From positions 394,072,001-394,136,000 of the forward strand of contig OZ024740.1 of NCBI GenBank assembly GCA_964016885.1: a stretch of 64,000 nt of DNA, written 5' to 3'. The position numbers and the translations under genes were made by a program. The stretch is from Eledone cirrhosa (taxonomy: Eukaryota). Shown here piece by piece: positions 40,202 to 55,221 of this stretch (position 1 is its first letter; every line of letters begins with the position of its first letter). The notes below the pieces were generated by a model, which was given only the letters and a program-made list of their open reading frames with translations, ran no database searches and was not told where the DNA came from.

Positions 40202-42286
40202 ATTATATCATTTGCCTATTTATCGACCCAATAATGTTTGTACGTTAGAAATATCAGTCCATTAATCAGAGTGCACACATATTTTTTCAGTAAGATAAAC
40301 GACTACGTTTATATACATACGTGACCGGGTATATCATATATATACATGGACTCGTATGTATATAAAATGCTTTACGTGCTTTATCCTGTAGCAAAACGAG
40401 TCCGTGATATAGGTTTACAACTTTTTAAAACTATTTCACTATATTCTGCTATTACATTTGATAAGACATGAACGTCATAGGTCCCATTTCCCGATTAGTT
40501 AGAGCGTCAAACAAAATGATATGAGATATTTGTAACAGATTTCTGCGCTCTCAGCTCAAATCCAAACAGGGCCACCCTTTCATCCTTTTACGGTTGATAA
40601 AACAAAGTACCAGTCAATGGCGGTGGATATACGGATTAGTTTTGTACGTCGGGCGAGAAACCTTGCAGAATTATTTCTGGCTCTTTGTGATGTGAGTTCA
40701 AATTACACTATGGTCTAATTCGGAGTATATGCAATCAGTCACCCGGTTTAACATCACTATCTTACACTTGTGAACTTAACAGATTCAACTGTTTAGCAAG
40801 AATTCAGTTCCTGCCTCCGGTTCTAAGATATATTCTCCCACCAGTTTCGGAAACCCGTTAAAAGGCCATGAATACTGTACTTTCTTTGACTAAAATCAAC
40901 AACAAAATTCCCTACTGGATCGATCACTTATTACTAGATGTATCTGTTGTCGTAGATTTAGACTATTGCCATTTTATTTTTGATAAATTTTAATTTATTT
41001 AGATTTATAGATTGTTTTCCCTGTCCTTAAATTGCATTCGCAATTGAATTAATGACTTTTCGTCTCACACTCAATGCAATTTTGATTAATTAAATGTTCA
41101 TGTTTGTACCGAGATTGATATCCTATTTTAATGTGGGGCGTTTCCTTGGGTATTTTTCTAAGCCTTTTCTTATTGATTCTGTCGTTCGTATCCTAGTAAA
41201 GAATAAACAAACTTCGCCGTATATTTTGACTACAGAAAATTGCCTAATCGTAATAAACTAAACATTAGTATTCGTAAGAACAGAACCCTCACTTCTTATC
41301 TTTCGTGATAAATGTGCTAGCCGGTTGTACCAACTCGCCCACATATTTCCTCTTTTAAATTAAAAACTACAATGTACCTAGCTTTATATATGTAAATATC
41401 ACGTGATTACAAAGCGACGGTGGAATTTGAAAATTCAATTGAATATATATATATATATATACATAAAATATAACAATGGCCATAAAATGCATTTTGAACA
41501 CATAGCAATTGTAATATTATATAAAAGATAGCATTCTGTGAAGCCTTCTATTCTGAAACTAACGTGAAATGTCAGCATTACAAAAGCAATTCAGTTCCTA
41601 CATTTGTGCAATATAGAAAAGAAAGAAGTCACAAGTACCAGCATAAATAGCCATCTTTCATATTTTAAATATCTCCATCTTGGAATGATTCCAAAATTCC
41701 AGAGACACCTTTAGCAATTCATTCAAAATTGCTTTTTACAACCAAAGAATGATGGCCAAATAATAGAATATGCTTATTTATTTTCTGTATGTCCTTCACA
41801 CTGTCTATCTGGTTGTCTAACTGTATGTGGGTGTGGGTGGGGGCGTGCTCACGTGGTTATACATGTGTATTCGATTGCTTTGGCTTCGGTCAGTTTGGTA
41901 AGAGATTTGTGACGCCATGTAGAGAGTCATTATATACACGTGTGTAGGGTGTGTGTGTAGGTGTGCATGTAGGTGTGTCTGTGTGATTGTGTGTAGGTGC
42001 GCATGAACGTGTGTCTGTATGAGTGTGTGTGTGTGTATCCGAGTGTGTGTGTGTGCGTATATACATATATATACATGCACATCATAGAAATTCATGATAT
42101 TTGTAGCGGTATATATACAAAGAACTTTTAGTGAATTCTATAGTTATTTCCATAAACATACGTACATACAAACACCTATGTATGCATGTATGTATGTATG
42201 TAAGTATGCATGTATGTATGTACGTATGTATGTAAGTATGTATGTACGTATGTATGTGTATGCATATGTATATGTATGTATATATG

Positions 42287-42320
<34 letters not shown>

Positions 42321-42796
42321 TGTATGTGTGAATGTATATAAGTATGCATATTTGTATATCTGTATATTTGTGTGTGTGCGCGCGTATGTGAGAATGTGTG
42401 TGTATGCGCGTGCGCCCACGTACTCACGCACACTTATGTTTATTTGATAATATATGAGTCTGAATAACTTTACTCTGAAATGTAGGTCAGATTCTACCAC
42501 CTGACGAATTTCTAAACGTTTCGTGCCAAATTATCATTAATTATATTACTGAAATGACAATATGGTCAGAAGAGATTGATTTGTAATGTGTATGACATCA
42601 GATGTGATCTTTGTCTGGTTTCGGTGTCTGGTTTCCACAGTTTATGAATAGCTGTTGGAAATACCTGACTTAATATTTTATAGGCTTAGTCGATAATGGT
42701 ATGTTGAACGCATTTGATAAAGTTTTGCATAACAAAACTCTCTGCTTGTTTGTTCTATAGTTTTATCGGTTCAATTATCCACGCTTTACTAATTAA

Positions 42797-42978
42797 TTGT
42801 TTCTACTTTAGGCACAAGGCCAGCAATTACCTAGTGCATTACTGGTACTTTATTTTATCGACCCCGTAAGGATGAAAGGCAAAGTCAACCTCGGCGGGAT
42901 TTGAACTCAGATCGTAAAGGGACGTAACTATGCTGGAAAGCATGGCGTCCGACCCTCTACCGATACTGCCAATCCACT
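42797..42978 (-). mobile_element. tRNA-derived SINE
   Basis: Near full-length family match. Confidence 0.88.
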
Positions 42979-44029
42979 AATTAATCTTTATGAATAAGTT
43001 TCTCCCAGTTTCTCTCGATTTAGAGTAACTCAAAATATTTGTGCATTAAGTAAAAGAATGGTATTTATATATTTGACTTTCAGTTATAGATATTTTAACC
43101 TCTTCTTCTAGACTGACTGTCATTGTTAGCGTTGAAACACGTTGCTATAAACCGGGAGTGACTACGCGTGTAAACAAATTTGGTGTCCAGCTATCCATGC
43201 ATGGTGGTCTTAGCAGTTGATACTTGCTGCTGGTGTTTGGCAGAACAGACTCGTTTTCTCTTGTTTCTGATAATCGGTGCCCGTATATGATATATATAGG
43301 ATTGGCTAATGTAGAGTACCAACCAATACGGTCTTCTGCTAGTTCTTTCCATGGACTCGGGCCTGTTTTTCACCGTCTCAATGCGCATATCAGTTATACA
43401 CTGTATCCCTTGTTTTAGCCTCCATGTGGAGTGGCTCCCGTTTGCAGCTCGAAATTATCAGGAGGCTGGGCAGTCTCTCATTTGTGTTCCTCTCATCACA
43501 TCTGTATTTTAGTTACATGTCTATAATAGTGGCACTCTTTGTTAGCAGTAAGACTCTTTTCTACAACTCCTTAGTTTTATGGTGTAATCTTCATTGATGG
43601 AAAATTTCAAGTTTTATCTTTGGTAAAGTTATTAACTTCTTTATTCAATAAATGAAGCACGTGGAATTTAGAATTTAAGTTCGTATTAGAGGCTTTTTAG
43701 AAACATAAATTTATTATATAACTCAAGCTCCATATTACGTCTCTTAACATTCTAATATGCCTCTATATACAGTCTGAGCGTCACAGATGAATGAGAAGGT
43801 CGTTTAAATTAATGATTCGACAAGTTTACAAAGGTTCCTTAAATGTGTATTATTGGTGAAATCATGTTTCTCTCTTGTGTATTTTTCTAAGTTAATCAAA
43901 GTTCTCGTGAACTGGACAGATTCTTCCAGACTTGTGAGTTCCGATGCAGCTGTAGCATAAATCGGAGCGTGTATTTTTGCACCCTAAAATTGCAATAAAT
44001 CGAACTCAGTGACTAATTTGTTTTGATTA

Positions 44030-44228
44030 ATGGTTTCTGATTTAGATACAAGGCCAGCAATTTTAGGGGAGGGGAAAATCGATTAAATCGACCCGGTGCA
44101 TAACTGGTGTTTTATCGACCCCGGAAGAATGAAAGGCAAAGCTAACTTTGGCGGGATTTGAACTCAAAACATAAAGCGAGATAACTATATCACGATGTCT
44201 GACGCTCTACCGATTCTGCCAATCCACT
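44030..44228 (-). mobile_element. tRNA-derived SINE
   Basis: Family match. Confidence 0.82.
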
Positions 44229-46091
44229 GTTGTTTTAAGTAATGCGTCATTTTATAGAGAAACTTTGCTATAATTGTGCTAACATGTGAGCTTATAAGTA
44301 TAACACTGTCAATTTTTCGTCTGAGTTACTGAATATTTTCAATAAGTTTTAAGGATATGGGCTTTCCCAGAAAAATAACGTTTTCCTGAAATTAAAATTA
44401 ATTATGCAAACGAAGCTCATATGAAAGATTTATGAGATTAATGATTAAAATATGAATTAAGATATAAAATTATGTTCAAGGAGTGTTAAGAACATTATAG
44501 ATAAAGCTACATCCATTTATTGTTTTTAATGGATCAACTGATCTTCTCACTCATTGAATTCCGTAGACATAAGTACTCTTAACATAATTATCCGCCAGAA
44601 GCAGTGTGTGACGAGGCTTAACCTTTGAAATATTGCTAGAATCCAGTCGACGACTGCGTGTGTATTCCCGAGAGGGACTGAAAAGTGTAGAATTAACAAT
44701 ACATGCTCTGCAGTAAAGAATTGTATTCGAAATATTGATCTTTGAGCTGATAGTCTGATACTCTATCTACTTGGTTATTCCACTTTTAACATGGTTAGCA
44801 CAAGAATATATTCTCTGAGAGTTCATATATTGTTTGACAACATTAAGATTTAAGGATCTCTTGTTGATATTAGGTTTAGATAGGAAATGAACAGCTATTT
44901 CATCCGATAGAGATTTGATAAAGTTATTTGAAATGGTATCTAGCTGGTACGAGGTACGAGAATTAAAATATTTCTATTCATATACTTGCAGAAATTTTGA
45001 ATCAACGTGCCTTTCCCTTATTATCTGAATAGGAACAAATATTACTTCACTATCTTGATGAATTCTTTACAAATTAAATTGTTTTCTTTTTCCAATAGGA
45101 TATCCATCAACCTTGTGATAGGTTATCCGTCAACTTTGTAATAAGATTTACTTCACTATTATCATTGATTGAGCGATATAACTGCAGCTTATTTGCCCAG
45201 TTATTTATTTGGGATGAATACCAAATACACTTAATGTTGATTATCTCAATGTGAAGGTTGTAGAGAAGTATATCTACAAAAAGAAGTCGTTTCAAAGTAA
45301 AACTAATTTATTTCGATCTTGTACGAGGCGAATATGCATTAGCGTAGGGAATAGGTGATAGTATATACCACACTAACTTATTGGTATACAGTGGGGTGCA
45401 GATAAACTAATAAGTAGGCGACAAATCTTCCTGAAAAATAGATGGTATATATATATATAAATATACTGCCAACCTAATTGTGCAGTAGCCATTACATTAG
45501 TTAAGTTCAACGAACCATACCATCACTGTTGACTTCAGCATTGCAATAACTGCATCACAAAGACTAACGTCCCTTTTTAGGGACAGAAAATATGGGCTCA
45601 CTTCTATTACTAAATTATAAAAAGTTCAAGTGCGAGCTTCATCTAAGAATATATTGCTACCATACACAACCTAAAATACATAATAAGGACACCCGACTGA
45701 TTGGTATGACCTCTCTCACCAGTACATTCCCACTTCTGATTCACAAACGTTCTGTCTCGTAAATCCACCTCTTTTACCGCTGCTAAGGTAACTTCTACTC
45801 TTCGCTGCTGCCTGATACAATTCCATTACCATAGATGTTTATTTGAATCACTTGACCTTCAACTTTCAATATATAATGTGTCTACTCGACAATTAGGCCC
45901 CGAATTAAGCATTTTACTAAGTCTTAGTTCTCAAGAAAGTGAATCTTTAGGCATTCATTCCCTGCTCATATCTTCCTTCTATTGCCAATTTTAGTTTCTG
46001 AAGAAGAACAACATGGGAATCGATCTCACAGGTTTCAGAGTTCTCAAAGCTGCTATACGTACGAACATTGTTTAATTTACTTTCATATAAC

Positions 46092-46174
<83 letters not shown>

Positions 46175-46271
46175 TTATATATATATACGCACACAACACA
46201 CACACAAAAACAAGATGGCGTAGGACAGAACAAAGGAGAGGCACAAAAACAAAGAAAAGAAAAGAATCCCA

Positions 46272-46314
46272 GTCACTGAAGAGGTCACAAAATGTGTGAC
46301 GAAAGAACTTTGAC
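46272..46314 (+). ncRNA. Minimal type I hammerhead ribozyme
   Basis: GUCA-CUGAAGA-G-GUCACA-AAAUG-UGUGAC-GAAA-GAAC-UU/UGAC. Confidence 0.65.
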
Positions 46315-46524
46315 AATATATGAACAATCGTCTGGTTGTGGAACCAACCAACTAACCGGAAATTTATAAATTCCTAAATTTATGAATTTAATTTATAATA
46401 AATTGAATTGAAAGCAACTGGTGCGTGTGTTTCATATTGGTAACATGACCCTCCCAAAGCATAACAATATCGGTTTCAACACACGTTTTCAGATAAAGAA
46501 TCTTGCTAAACAAATTCAGAAACG

Positions 46525-46582
<58 letters not shown>

Positions 46583-46830
46583 TATGTTCATACACGGAAA
46601 AAAGACACTAACCAAGCTTTCCAGGCCCAGATTTGACCATATCTCCAAAACAGGCATCACATTCGTGACCTTTTTCACAGTAGTCTAATCTACCGTTATT
46701 CTCACCAATATTGCAGATTCGTCTGAAAACAAAATATCGGCAACTCCATATTATACAATATATCTCTCTAGGTGGTAATTTTAGCTATCATTTATTGAGA
46801 TTTTCAGTACTTCAGCGACAAATAACTCTC

Positions 46831-46903
<73 letters not shown>

Positions 46904-47078
46904 AGCTCATGGACGTATATTTTCTACTATAGGTACCAACTCGGCATCACATTATACATCGAATAGAGTGTCTGCGGTGATAATTTCGGAAAGACTAATC
47001 TTTATTTCAAAAGACTAATTCTTTATTTATAATTTTCCGAAATTATCACCACAGACAGACGATGTAATATTTGTATGT

Positions 47079-47117
<39 letters not shown>

Positions 47118-47121
<4 letters not shown>

Positions 47122-47416
47122 TATGTATACGTACATACATATATGTATACAGACGTACAGTAGTATGTATATATATATACATACATGCACACATATATAT
47201 ATGTAGGTATGGATTCACCGAACATTTATTATAATGCTCGGTGTGTTTGTAAACAAACATCCCGTATTAAGCCGTAGTGTCTAGCAACCATCGTTGCTCA
47301 TTTGTTCAACATTGACAAAGGAACGCTGTACTAGTTTCAAGCTTGCATGTATGTATATATATATACATACTACTGTACGTCTGTATACATATATGTATGT
47401 ACGTATACATACTTAT
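47118..47416. mobile_element. Truncated fold-back copy of the 52052-52718 element
   Basis: Homologous up to CTAGTTTCAAGCTT (HHR stem II), then inverts. Confidence 0.85.
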
Positions 47417-47471
47417 ATTTAAGTAACAGCCGTACTAAGAGTGGGAAATGAAATTTCGTTTCGTTTTTTCC

Positions 47472-47529
<58 letters not shown>

Positions 47530-48149
47530 GATGCATACATGTATCTGTGTTTACGTATGTGCATGTACGTTGTGTGAGTGTGTATATTTACAATAGCAGA
47601 ATACCTGTTCTTGAAGGAAAGAGCGGAATTATTAAGTAGTCAGTTGCTTGAAATTTTGTTGAGACATTACTTGAAACACGACTGTTGTATATCTTTATTA
47701 CACAGAAATACGTCTCATAGAATCTATTACCTCTGGCAGACAAACAATCTTTTCGCAGCGAGGATTTTATGAGAGACAACGTTCTACATTTTCACACCTT
47801 CAGTATTGACATAAATATTGCTCTGGCTTCCAACACATTGCTGTTCGTGATAAAAGAAGGGCTCTTTGAGATGTAATCTAGCTATCTTCAACGTCTACCG
47901 ATCTCCAAACAACATACAGTTTACGATATGTTATTTGATAATCGGTAAAGTGAAACTTTAGATTATATGAGTGTGAGGTTTCAGCTTCAAAGTATAAATA
48001 TATATATATATATATAAATATATAAACGCAATTCCTAATAACATCAGTCAATGAAGTAATATGATCCACTTAGTCCAGACATTATCGAAGTAAATAACTA
48101 ACAGTATATACATATATATATATATCTACATAAATATACACACACACAC

Positions 48150-48257
<108 letters not shown>

Positions 48258-48304
48258 GTTTACACACATACAGACATACACATGCACACACACACATATA
48301 TATA

Positions 48305-48590
48305 GGTTGTAAAGTCCAATCGAGTCGGTGATATTCGCCGAGACACTGGCCGCCATGCTCACGTGGAAGAGAGAGTCGGGAGACTGCTTTGGCCAGAGTG
48401 AACCATCGTAACTCAGGAGTGAGTATCGTGCGTTCAGGTCATTCTCATATGTCCAGTTATCCATCGTAGTGTAGGTCCGGGCGAAGTCCAAGGCCCTCCA
48501 CATGATGGGGATGTTGATTGAAGAGTAGTTTTTCAATTCAAAGTTATGAATGAACGAGTGATGAATTTGTCTCATAAAGAGGTTTAATGA
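48305..48590 (-). pseudogene. Degenerate PLE (Naiad-like) RT fragment
   Basis: FELKNYSSIN..RALDFAR..NARYSLL..W..F.VSM....SANITDSIGLY aligns by eye with the 28610 RT. Confidence 0.75.
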
Positions 48591-48882
48591 TATTCCGAAG
48601 GATGAAAATCAGACACAATTTCTCCTAAAAATTGTTGTGGACAAAGAGGGCCGTTTTCATTTATAAATTTCATTAATAAAAAGTGTTTCCCTCTTTTACC
48701 CAATATTATTGTGTATTTAGAATGTATTCCTCCTGCTTATTTTTATTTCATTTTGTTCTGTTATGTGGTTTCCTCATTGGATTCATTCGACCGATAATTT
48801 GGCATACATTGTTAATCTATCAACTCAAACACAGCCGTAATCGATATGAGATGATTAGCGAATAGTTTGAAAATGGAACACC

Positions 48883-48935
<53 letters not shown>

Positions 48936-48937
<2 letters not shown>

Positions 48938-49133
48938 CAAAGAAGGTGTGGTAAAATACCAGGTGGACCATAGCACACCAGAGTACTCGATACTTAGAGT
49001 AGTAGAGTGGGTAATAGTAAAAGAGTCAGAACCCCAACGGCTGAGCTCCGGCCGTTTCGACAGCTAGATCCGAAAAATTCGGATCTAGCTGTCGAAACGG
49101 CCGGAGCTCAGCCGTTGGGGTCCTGACTCTTTT
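48936..49133. mobile_element. PLE-like tail family A with fold-back
   Basis: About 55-bp inverted arms around GAAAAATTC. Confidence 0.75.
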
Positions 49134-49875
49134 CACACACACACACACACATAGTATATATATATATATATATATATATATACTAGCAAGACCTGTACAG
49201 ACTATTTACGAACACACCTACTGACGACTATATCTTAGTCATTTGCTTATGTAATAGCTGCATATATGTAATTATAATTTGAACTACGTGCGCAGCCTGA
49301 AGTGAAGGTTTAACTCAGTGTATTTTGTATGAGGTTTGCACTCTGTTTCCCCTCTCTGTTCAGAGACACTTCGAAATCGAATAATTAACTAAATTCCTCT
49401 CCGAAACTTTGAATTCATTTCGCGTGTCATTGAGGGCCGAAGTGAAAGCAATCCAGTAAATTTATTTCAGGAAAATTACCTTAATGTAGAAACTGAATTA
49501 TTGGGTAAGGGTAAAATATTTAACACCTGGCGAAACAAGGAAATGTGTGCCCTATTATCTTAGAAAGACTAGTACAAAATGTAGATAACAATAGGTGTGA
49601 AAGTCCCCGACACTTGATGACACTGATGGATGTTAAACGGTCTGCCCTCTCCGTTTCACGTTAGGAACAATAATGTAAAAGCTTCAAGTTCTAAGAAGAA
49701 CAGAGCTTCAATATCTCCTTTCAAATCCTAAACTAACTACACTTACAAACACCATCTTGTAAGGCCAAGCTTAAAAATCACATCACAGCAGGAGATTTAT
49801 ATAAGGACAATAGCATGAAAATACTTCACTCATTGAATACCAAATACAGAATGAAGGGACATCAGATTTGATGAA

Positions 49876-49919
<44 letters not shown>

Positions 49920-49996
49920 ACCCACAACACACACACACACACACACACACACCACACTACACACACACACACACATATATATATATTTTCATTCTG

Positions 49997-50115
49997 TCAT
50001 TACAACAGCAGAAGTCCGACGAGCTTTTCATTCCAGAGTCGGGCCAGATCGATACAGATCGAACCTTGAGCTGATCAAAAGCGAAACGCGCGTCACTAAT
50101 CAATTAACGTAATGA
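49997..50115 (+). ncRNA. Degenerate hammerhead ribozyme (U4C)
   Basis: AGU-CCGACGA-GCUUUU..AAAAGC-GAAA-CGCGCG-UC/ACU; distal stem TCATTAC/GTAATGA. Confidence 0.55.
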
Positions 50116-50149
50116 AGGCTTAAACAAATCGTCCTTGTATTATTATATT

Positions 50150-50340
50150 GTGGTGGATTGGCAGTATCGGTAGAACGCCGAACAACGTGCTTTGCAGCAT
50201 AGAGTTACGGCCCTTTACGGTTTGAGTTCAAATCCCGCCGAGGTTAACTTTGCCTTTCACCCTTAAGGGGTCGATAAAATAAAGTACCAGTAATGCACTG
50301 GGATAATCGCTGGCCTTGTGTCAAAAGTAGAAACAATTAT
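50150..50340 (+). mobile_element. tRNA-derived SINE
   Basis: Full-length family match. Confidence 0.88.
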
Positions 50341-51299
50341 ATTACACTCTGTCTAGCTCTACACCTCACCACTGACGTGAACCTAAACATCGAGTGCTCA
50401 CCCGGGTGAACCTACAGTATCTCCTGCTATACTCTCTGGATATATATATATAAATCCGTGTTTCATTGTACTTTAACTCTTGAGCAGCTTTCTACAATTC
50501 CTATATACAAACGTTCACCAATCTTGCTCTCACTCTCTCTCACCTACACCCACTCTCTCTCTTACCCACAACAGACCTGTCTTTCTCTCTCTCCCTCACC
50601 TACACCCACTTTCTCTCACCTACACCCACTCTCTCTCTTACCCACAACCTCTCTCTCTCTTTCTCTATCTCTCTCTCCCTATATATATATATATGTCTGT
50701 GTGCACGCGTGTGTGTGAGTGTGAGTGAGTGTGAGTGAGTGTGAGTGAGTGTGAGTGAGTGTGTGTGTGTGTGTGTGTGTGCGCGTGTGTGTGTGTGTAC
50801 ACTTCATCGTAGGTGATGTTTTAATCCGCCACAATTCCAAGTCTTTCGGTTTTTTCTGTAGTCAGTTTAGAGACCAAGATTGATTAGATTTTCAGCTTCA
50901 ATATTTATATATATACACATAAATATATGTGTATATATGTGTTTGCTTGTGTGTGTGTGTGTTAATAGGATATAAATGCAATCACGCACATATCCATACA
51001 TATATACATACATATATGCATATTCATTCCCACAAACATACTGATGTTCACGGATTTTTACATAATTTTCTTTCGTTATCTTTACCTCAACTTTCTCTCG
51101 GTCAGCATTGATTGATTGATAGGTAGAACAGCAAGTCCAGTGATTTAATGAGATATCTGGTCATATTTATGCACACATATCTTCTATCAGGAACGTGTAT
51201 CACTCTTTCAATTTCTATTTCTGGCTTTTTCTTACTTTCTTTCAATCTTTCCTTTTCAGTTTGAGTAATTGAGACATACATATGGTGTATATTATAAGG

Positions 51300-51391
<92 letters not shown>

Positions 51392-51412
51392 ACACACATA
51401 TATATATATATA

Positions 51413-51620
51413 TAGGAAAAAGTATGACCCCGACGCCAGAGCTCAAGCCGTTTCGACGGGTATTTCTGGACGGCTATTTCAGTCCAGAAATAGCCGTCGA
51501 AACGGCTTGAGCTCTGCCTTCGGGGTCATACTTTTTCCTATTACCCACTCTACTACCCTAAGTACTGAGTACTCTGGTGCATTATGGTCCATCTGGTTCC
51601 TTACCACAACTCCTCCGTTA
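51413..51620. mobile_element. PLE-like tail family A with fold-back
   Basis: Homologous to 32318-32511, opposite orientation. Confidence 0.75.
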
Positions 51621-51674
51621 TATATATATATATATATACATATATATATGCATATATATATATGTATATATAAT

Positions 51675-51759
<85 letters not shown>

Positions 51760-51986
51760 AATATAATTTCAGCGAGATCGAATTTCGGCAGTGGTCAAAA
51801 ACAGCGAAACGCAATTTTCGAGATATGCGGCGGCAAGCGCTCAATGGACTAAAAGAAGACCAGAGCAATAAACATAGGTTATAGAGGCCAAACATACTGA
51901 GAATGGCGGTCAAGAAGCCATCAGCCATCGAAGCCAAAAAACGAAGCAAGCTAAACAGGTCAAACGAAATAAATATATATATAAAC

Positions 51987-52058
<72 letters not shown>

Positions 52059-52252
52059 ACGTACATACATATATGTATACAGACGTACAGTAGTATGTAT
52101 ATATATATACATACATGCACACATATATATATGTACGTATGGATTCACCGAACATTTATTATAATGCTCGGTGTGTTTGTAAACAAACATCCCGTATTAA
52201 GCCGTAGTGTCTAGCAACCATCGTTGCTCGTTTGTTCAACACTGACAAAGGA

Positions 52253-52295
52253 ACGCTGTACTAGTTTCAAGCTTATTAGCTATCGTCAGCAACGT
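52253..52295 (-). ncRNA. Minimal type I hammerhead ribozyme (CUGACGA)
   Basis: ACGUUG-CUGACGA-U-AGCU-AAUA-AGCU-U-GAAA-CUAG-UA/CAGCGU. Confidence 0.85.
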
Positions 52296-52467
52296 ATACC
52301 TTCCTGCCAGATTGTTGAACGTATATACTTACTTTATGCATATTAACGGCTGAGTAGCCCAATTTGCATATCGAGTGGGTTAATCGGCCGGGTGCACCGA
52401 AAACGATACTCAGCCGTTAATATGCATAAGGTAAGTATATACGTTCAACAATCTGGCAGGAAGGTAT

Positions 52468-52510
52468 ACGTTGCTGATGATAGCTAATAAGCTTGAAACT
52501 AGTACAGCGT
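52468..52510 (+). ncRNA. Minimal type I hammerhead ribozyme (CUGAUGA)
   Basis: As above; palindromic ACUAGU stem III, GUA site. Confidence 0.85.
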
Positions 52511-52714
52511 TCCTTTGTCAGTGTTGAACAAACGAGCAACGATGGTTGCTAGACACTACGGCTTAATACGGGATGTTTGTTTACAAACACACCGAGCATT
52601 ATAATAAATGTTCGGTGAATCCATACGTACATATATATATGTGTGCATGTATGTATATATATATATACATACTACTGTACGTCTGTATACATATATGTAT
52701 GTAGGTGTACATAG

Positions 52715-52769
<55 letters not shown>

Positions 52770-53163
52770 GGTAGATAGATAGATAGAGAGAGAGACAAAG
52801 AGGGAATTGTTAGATAGATACTTAGATAAAAGGAAAACCTAGCAATGAATTGGTAGACATAAATAATTATATAACATGTATAAATAGTTTAATCCACATT
52901 CTAAGAACAACTACTATCTCACTCGAAAGAGCAACCAAATCTACCTTAATTTACACACTACTGTCTTAAGATGCGCACGCTGTAAAATTTGGGTATGTGA
53001 CATTTGTTCCTTGGAAAATGGCGAAAGATTGACAAATGGACTTCAGAGTCTGCTTTTTCAGGGTTGACCAGTATCTAAGCAATACTAATAACATTACTAA
53101 TCCGTCTCCTTGCTTCTTTCTCTCACACATATAAACAAATATATATACGTATATATATATATA

Positions 53164-53242
<79 letters not shown>

Positions 53243-53411
53243 AGAAATGCCCCAGCAGCAGAAGTATATGATAAAGTTATATCTACATAAATACAGTGTG
53301 TAACTGACACTGCACCAAATTGTATAAATATATGAATATATCTAATATGTAAGTATTTAAACATGCCAGAAAATACGGATTTCCCTGTAAATTGAAAAAA
53401 AAAAGGAAAAA

Positions 53412-54624
53412 CGAGGGTCGGCCGAAAAGTTCATAGGGTGACCAAAATACTCTCATGGTATTTGACCAAATGAGGTTTATTTGTCAATATAAACCCCTTG
53501 CAGTCCATTTAATTCTTGTATCGGTGTTGCATTTCTTGGATACCATTGGTCAAAAGCTCATCAACAGCAGATATCTCGCCATAATCACTGCCATACTAGT
53601 TCCCAGCCAATGTGTTTTATATTGGAGACATAAAATTCTGAGGGACAAATCAGGAGAATATGGAGGGTGATCAACCAGTTAAAAGCCACAATTACATACA
53701 GCAGCCATGTAAACTAAGGAATTGTGTACTGGGGCATTGACATGGTGAAACAAGACACCTTTCCTCGATTTTTCTAGCCTTGATTAGCCTATCGTAACGG
53801 TCTCTTTGATGGTGGGGCCCTTCTGAAGATAGTCAATAAACACAATGCTTTTTGCAGCCTAAAAAACTGAAGCCATCTTCTTTCCTGCAGATAAAACGAC
53901 CATGGCCTTCTTTGGAGCAGATGAGGAGGGGTGTTCCCACTGCTTGGATTTTATCTCTGTCTTTCGCTCAAAGTGATGAACCCAACACTCATCATGGGTT
54001 AGGAAACGTTCAAGGAAACCAGCTGGATTTGCCTTATCAATGTCAGATATTCTCGTAATGTGATCAGCCCGGTGCGTTTTTGATCAGTTATCAGAAGATG
54101 TGGCACCCACCGAGCAGAAACCTCATCATCCCAAGTTCATTGAGCAGAATATTCTAAATATTCTAAAAGGGATATGTTAATAGGATTGGCTATTTGATTG
54201 ATGCTCAATCGTCTGTCATCCACCACCATGTGTGAACACGATCAATGTTTTCCTTGGTGGTGGCAGTTGCATGACGTCCAGACCTTGGGTCATTTTCAAG
54301 GCACTCCCTTTCCATCCTAAATTCAGCTGCCAACTTTTGCTCAGTTAATAAAGCAGGAGCGCCAACCCCTAATGTAGCAGCCATGTCAACATAAATGTCC
54401 TTCGGGTCTAAACCATTTTTCATCACAATGCCAAATGTTGTCCATTTACAAGAGAAGTCTCTAGTGGTTACATTTGAAGTCTTCTCTGGACAGTTAGCTG
54501 TCAGCTTACCTGGAAGGAAATATGCAGTCATTAATAAGACGAGTTGAAATCAATGCATACAAGATTTCACCGCTCTAGCATCACACCTTCATAGTGAGAC
54601 TATGAATTTTTCAGCCCAGCCTCG
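53412..54624 (-). mobile_element. Degenerate mariner transposon
   Basis: TIRs CGAGGGTCGGCCGAAAAGTTCATAG / CTATGAATTTTTCAGCCCAGCCTCG-TA; HTH remnant ..EFRMERECLENDPRSGR..TTKENIDRV. Confidence 0.9.
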
Positions 54625-55123
54625 TATATATATATATATATATGTACACACACACACATACAAACACAGGCGCGCCCGCACACGCTCTCTCACACATTTA
54701 TATGAATATATATCTATATGTAAATACAGACACATATATACATACGCATACAACAGACACACACGCATATACATGTATATTTGCATACATAGATGCATAC
54801 ATACATACCTACATTCATTCATCAACCAAATTCAACACAGGACCTCCGATTCATATGTAAATAAATATATTGGGTAGGCTACAGAAAAGAAAACATGACG
54901 AATGAATGAATAGAAGAGAAATACTAGCTAAGTGTTAGGCGGATAACAATATAAGTAAAAATAAAGACATAAAATAATGACAAATATGTCCGCTGTATCC
55001 TGTGTTAATATACATACATACTGCGACGAGTGAATGATTTATAATAACAAATATTTACTCAGCGTGAAGTCAGATTACAACTATTATATGTATATATATA
55101 TATATATGTATGAATATACATAC

Positions 55124-55221
<98 letters not shown>

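Larger units (their letters stand above)
52052..52718. mobile_element. Large inverted repeat (about 305-bp arms, 50-nt spacer), inverted pLTR-like pair in (TA)n
   Basis: Arms nearly identical; each carries an HHR. Confidence 0.9.
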
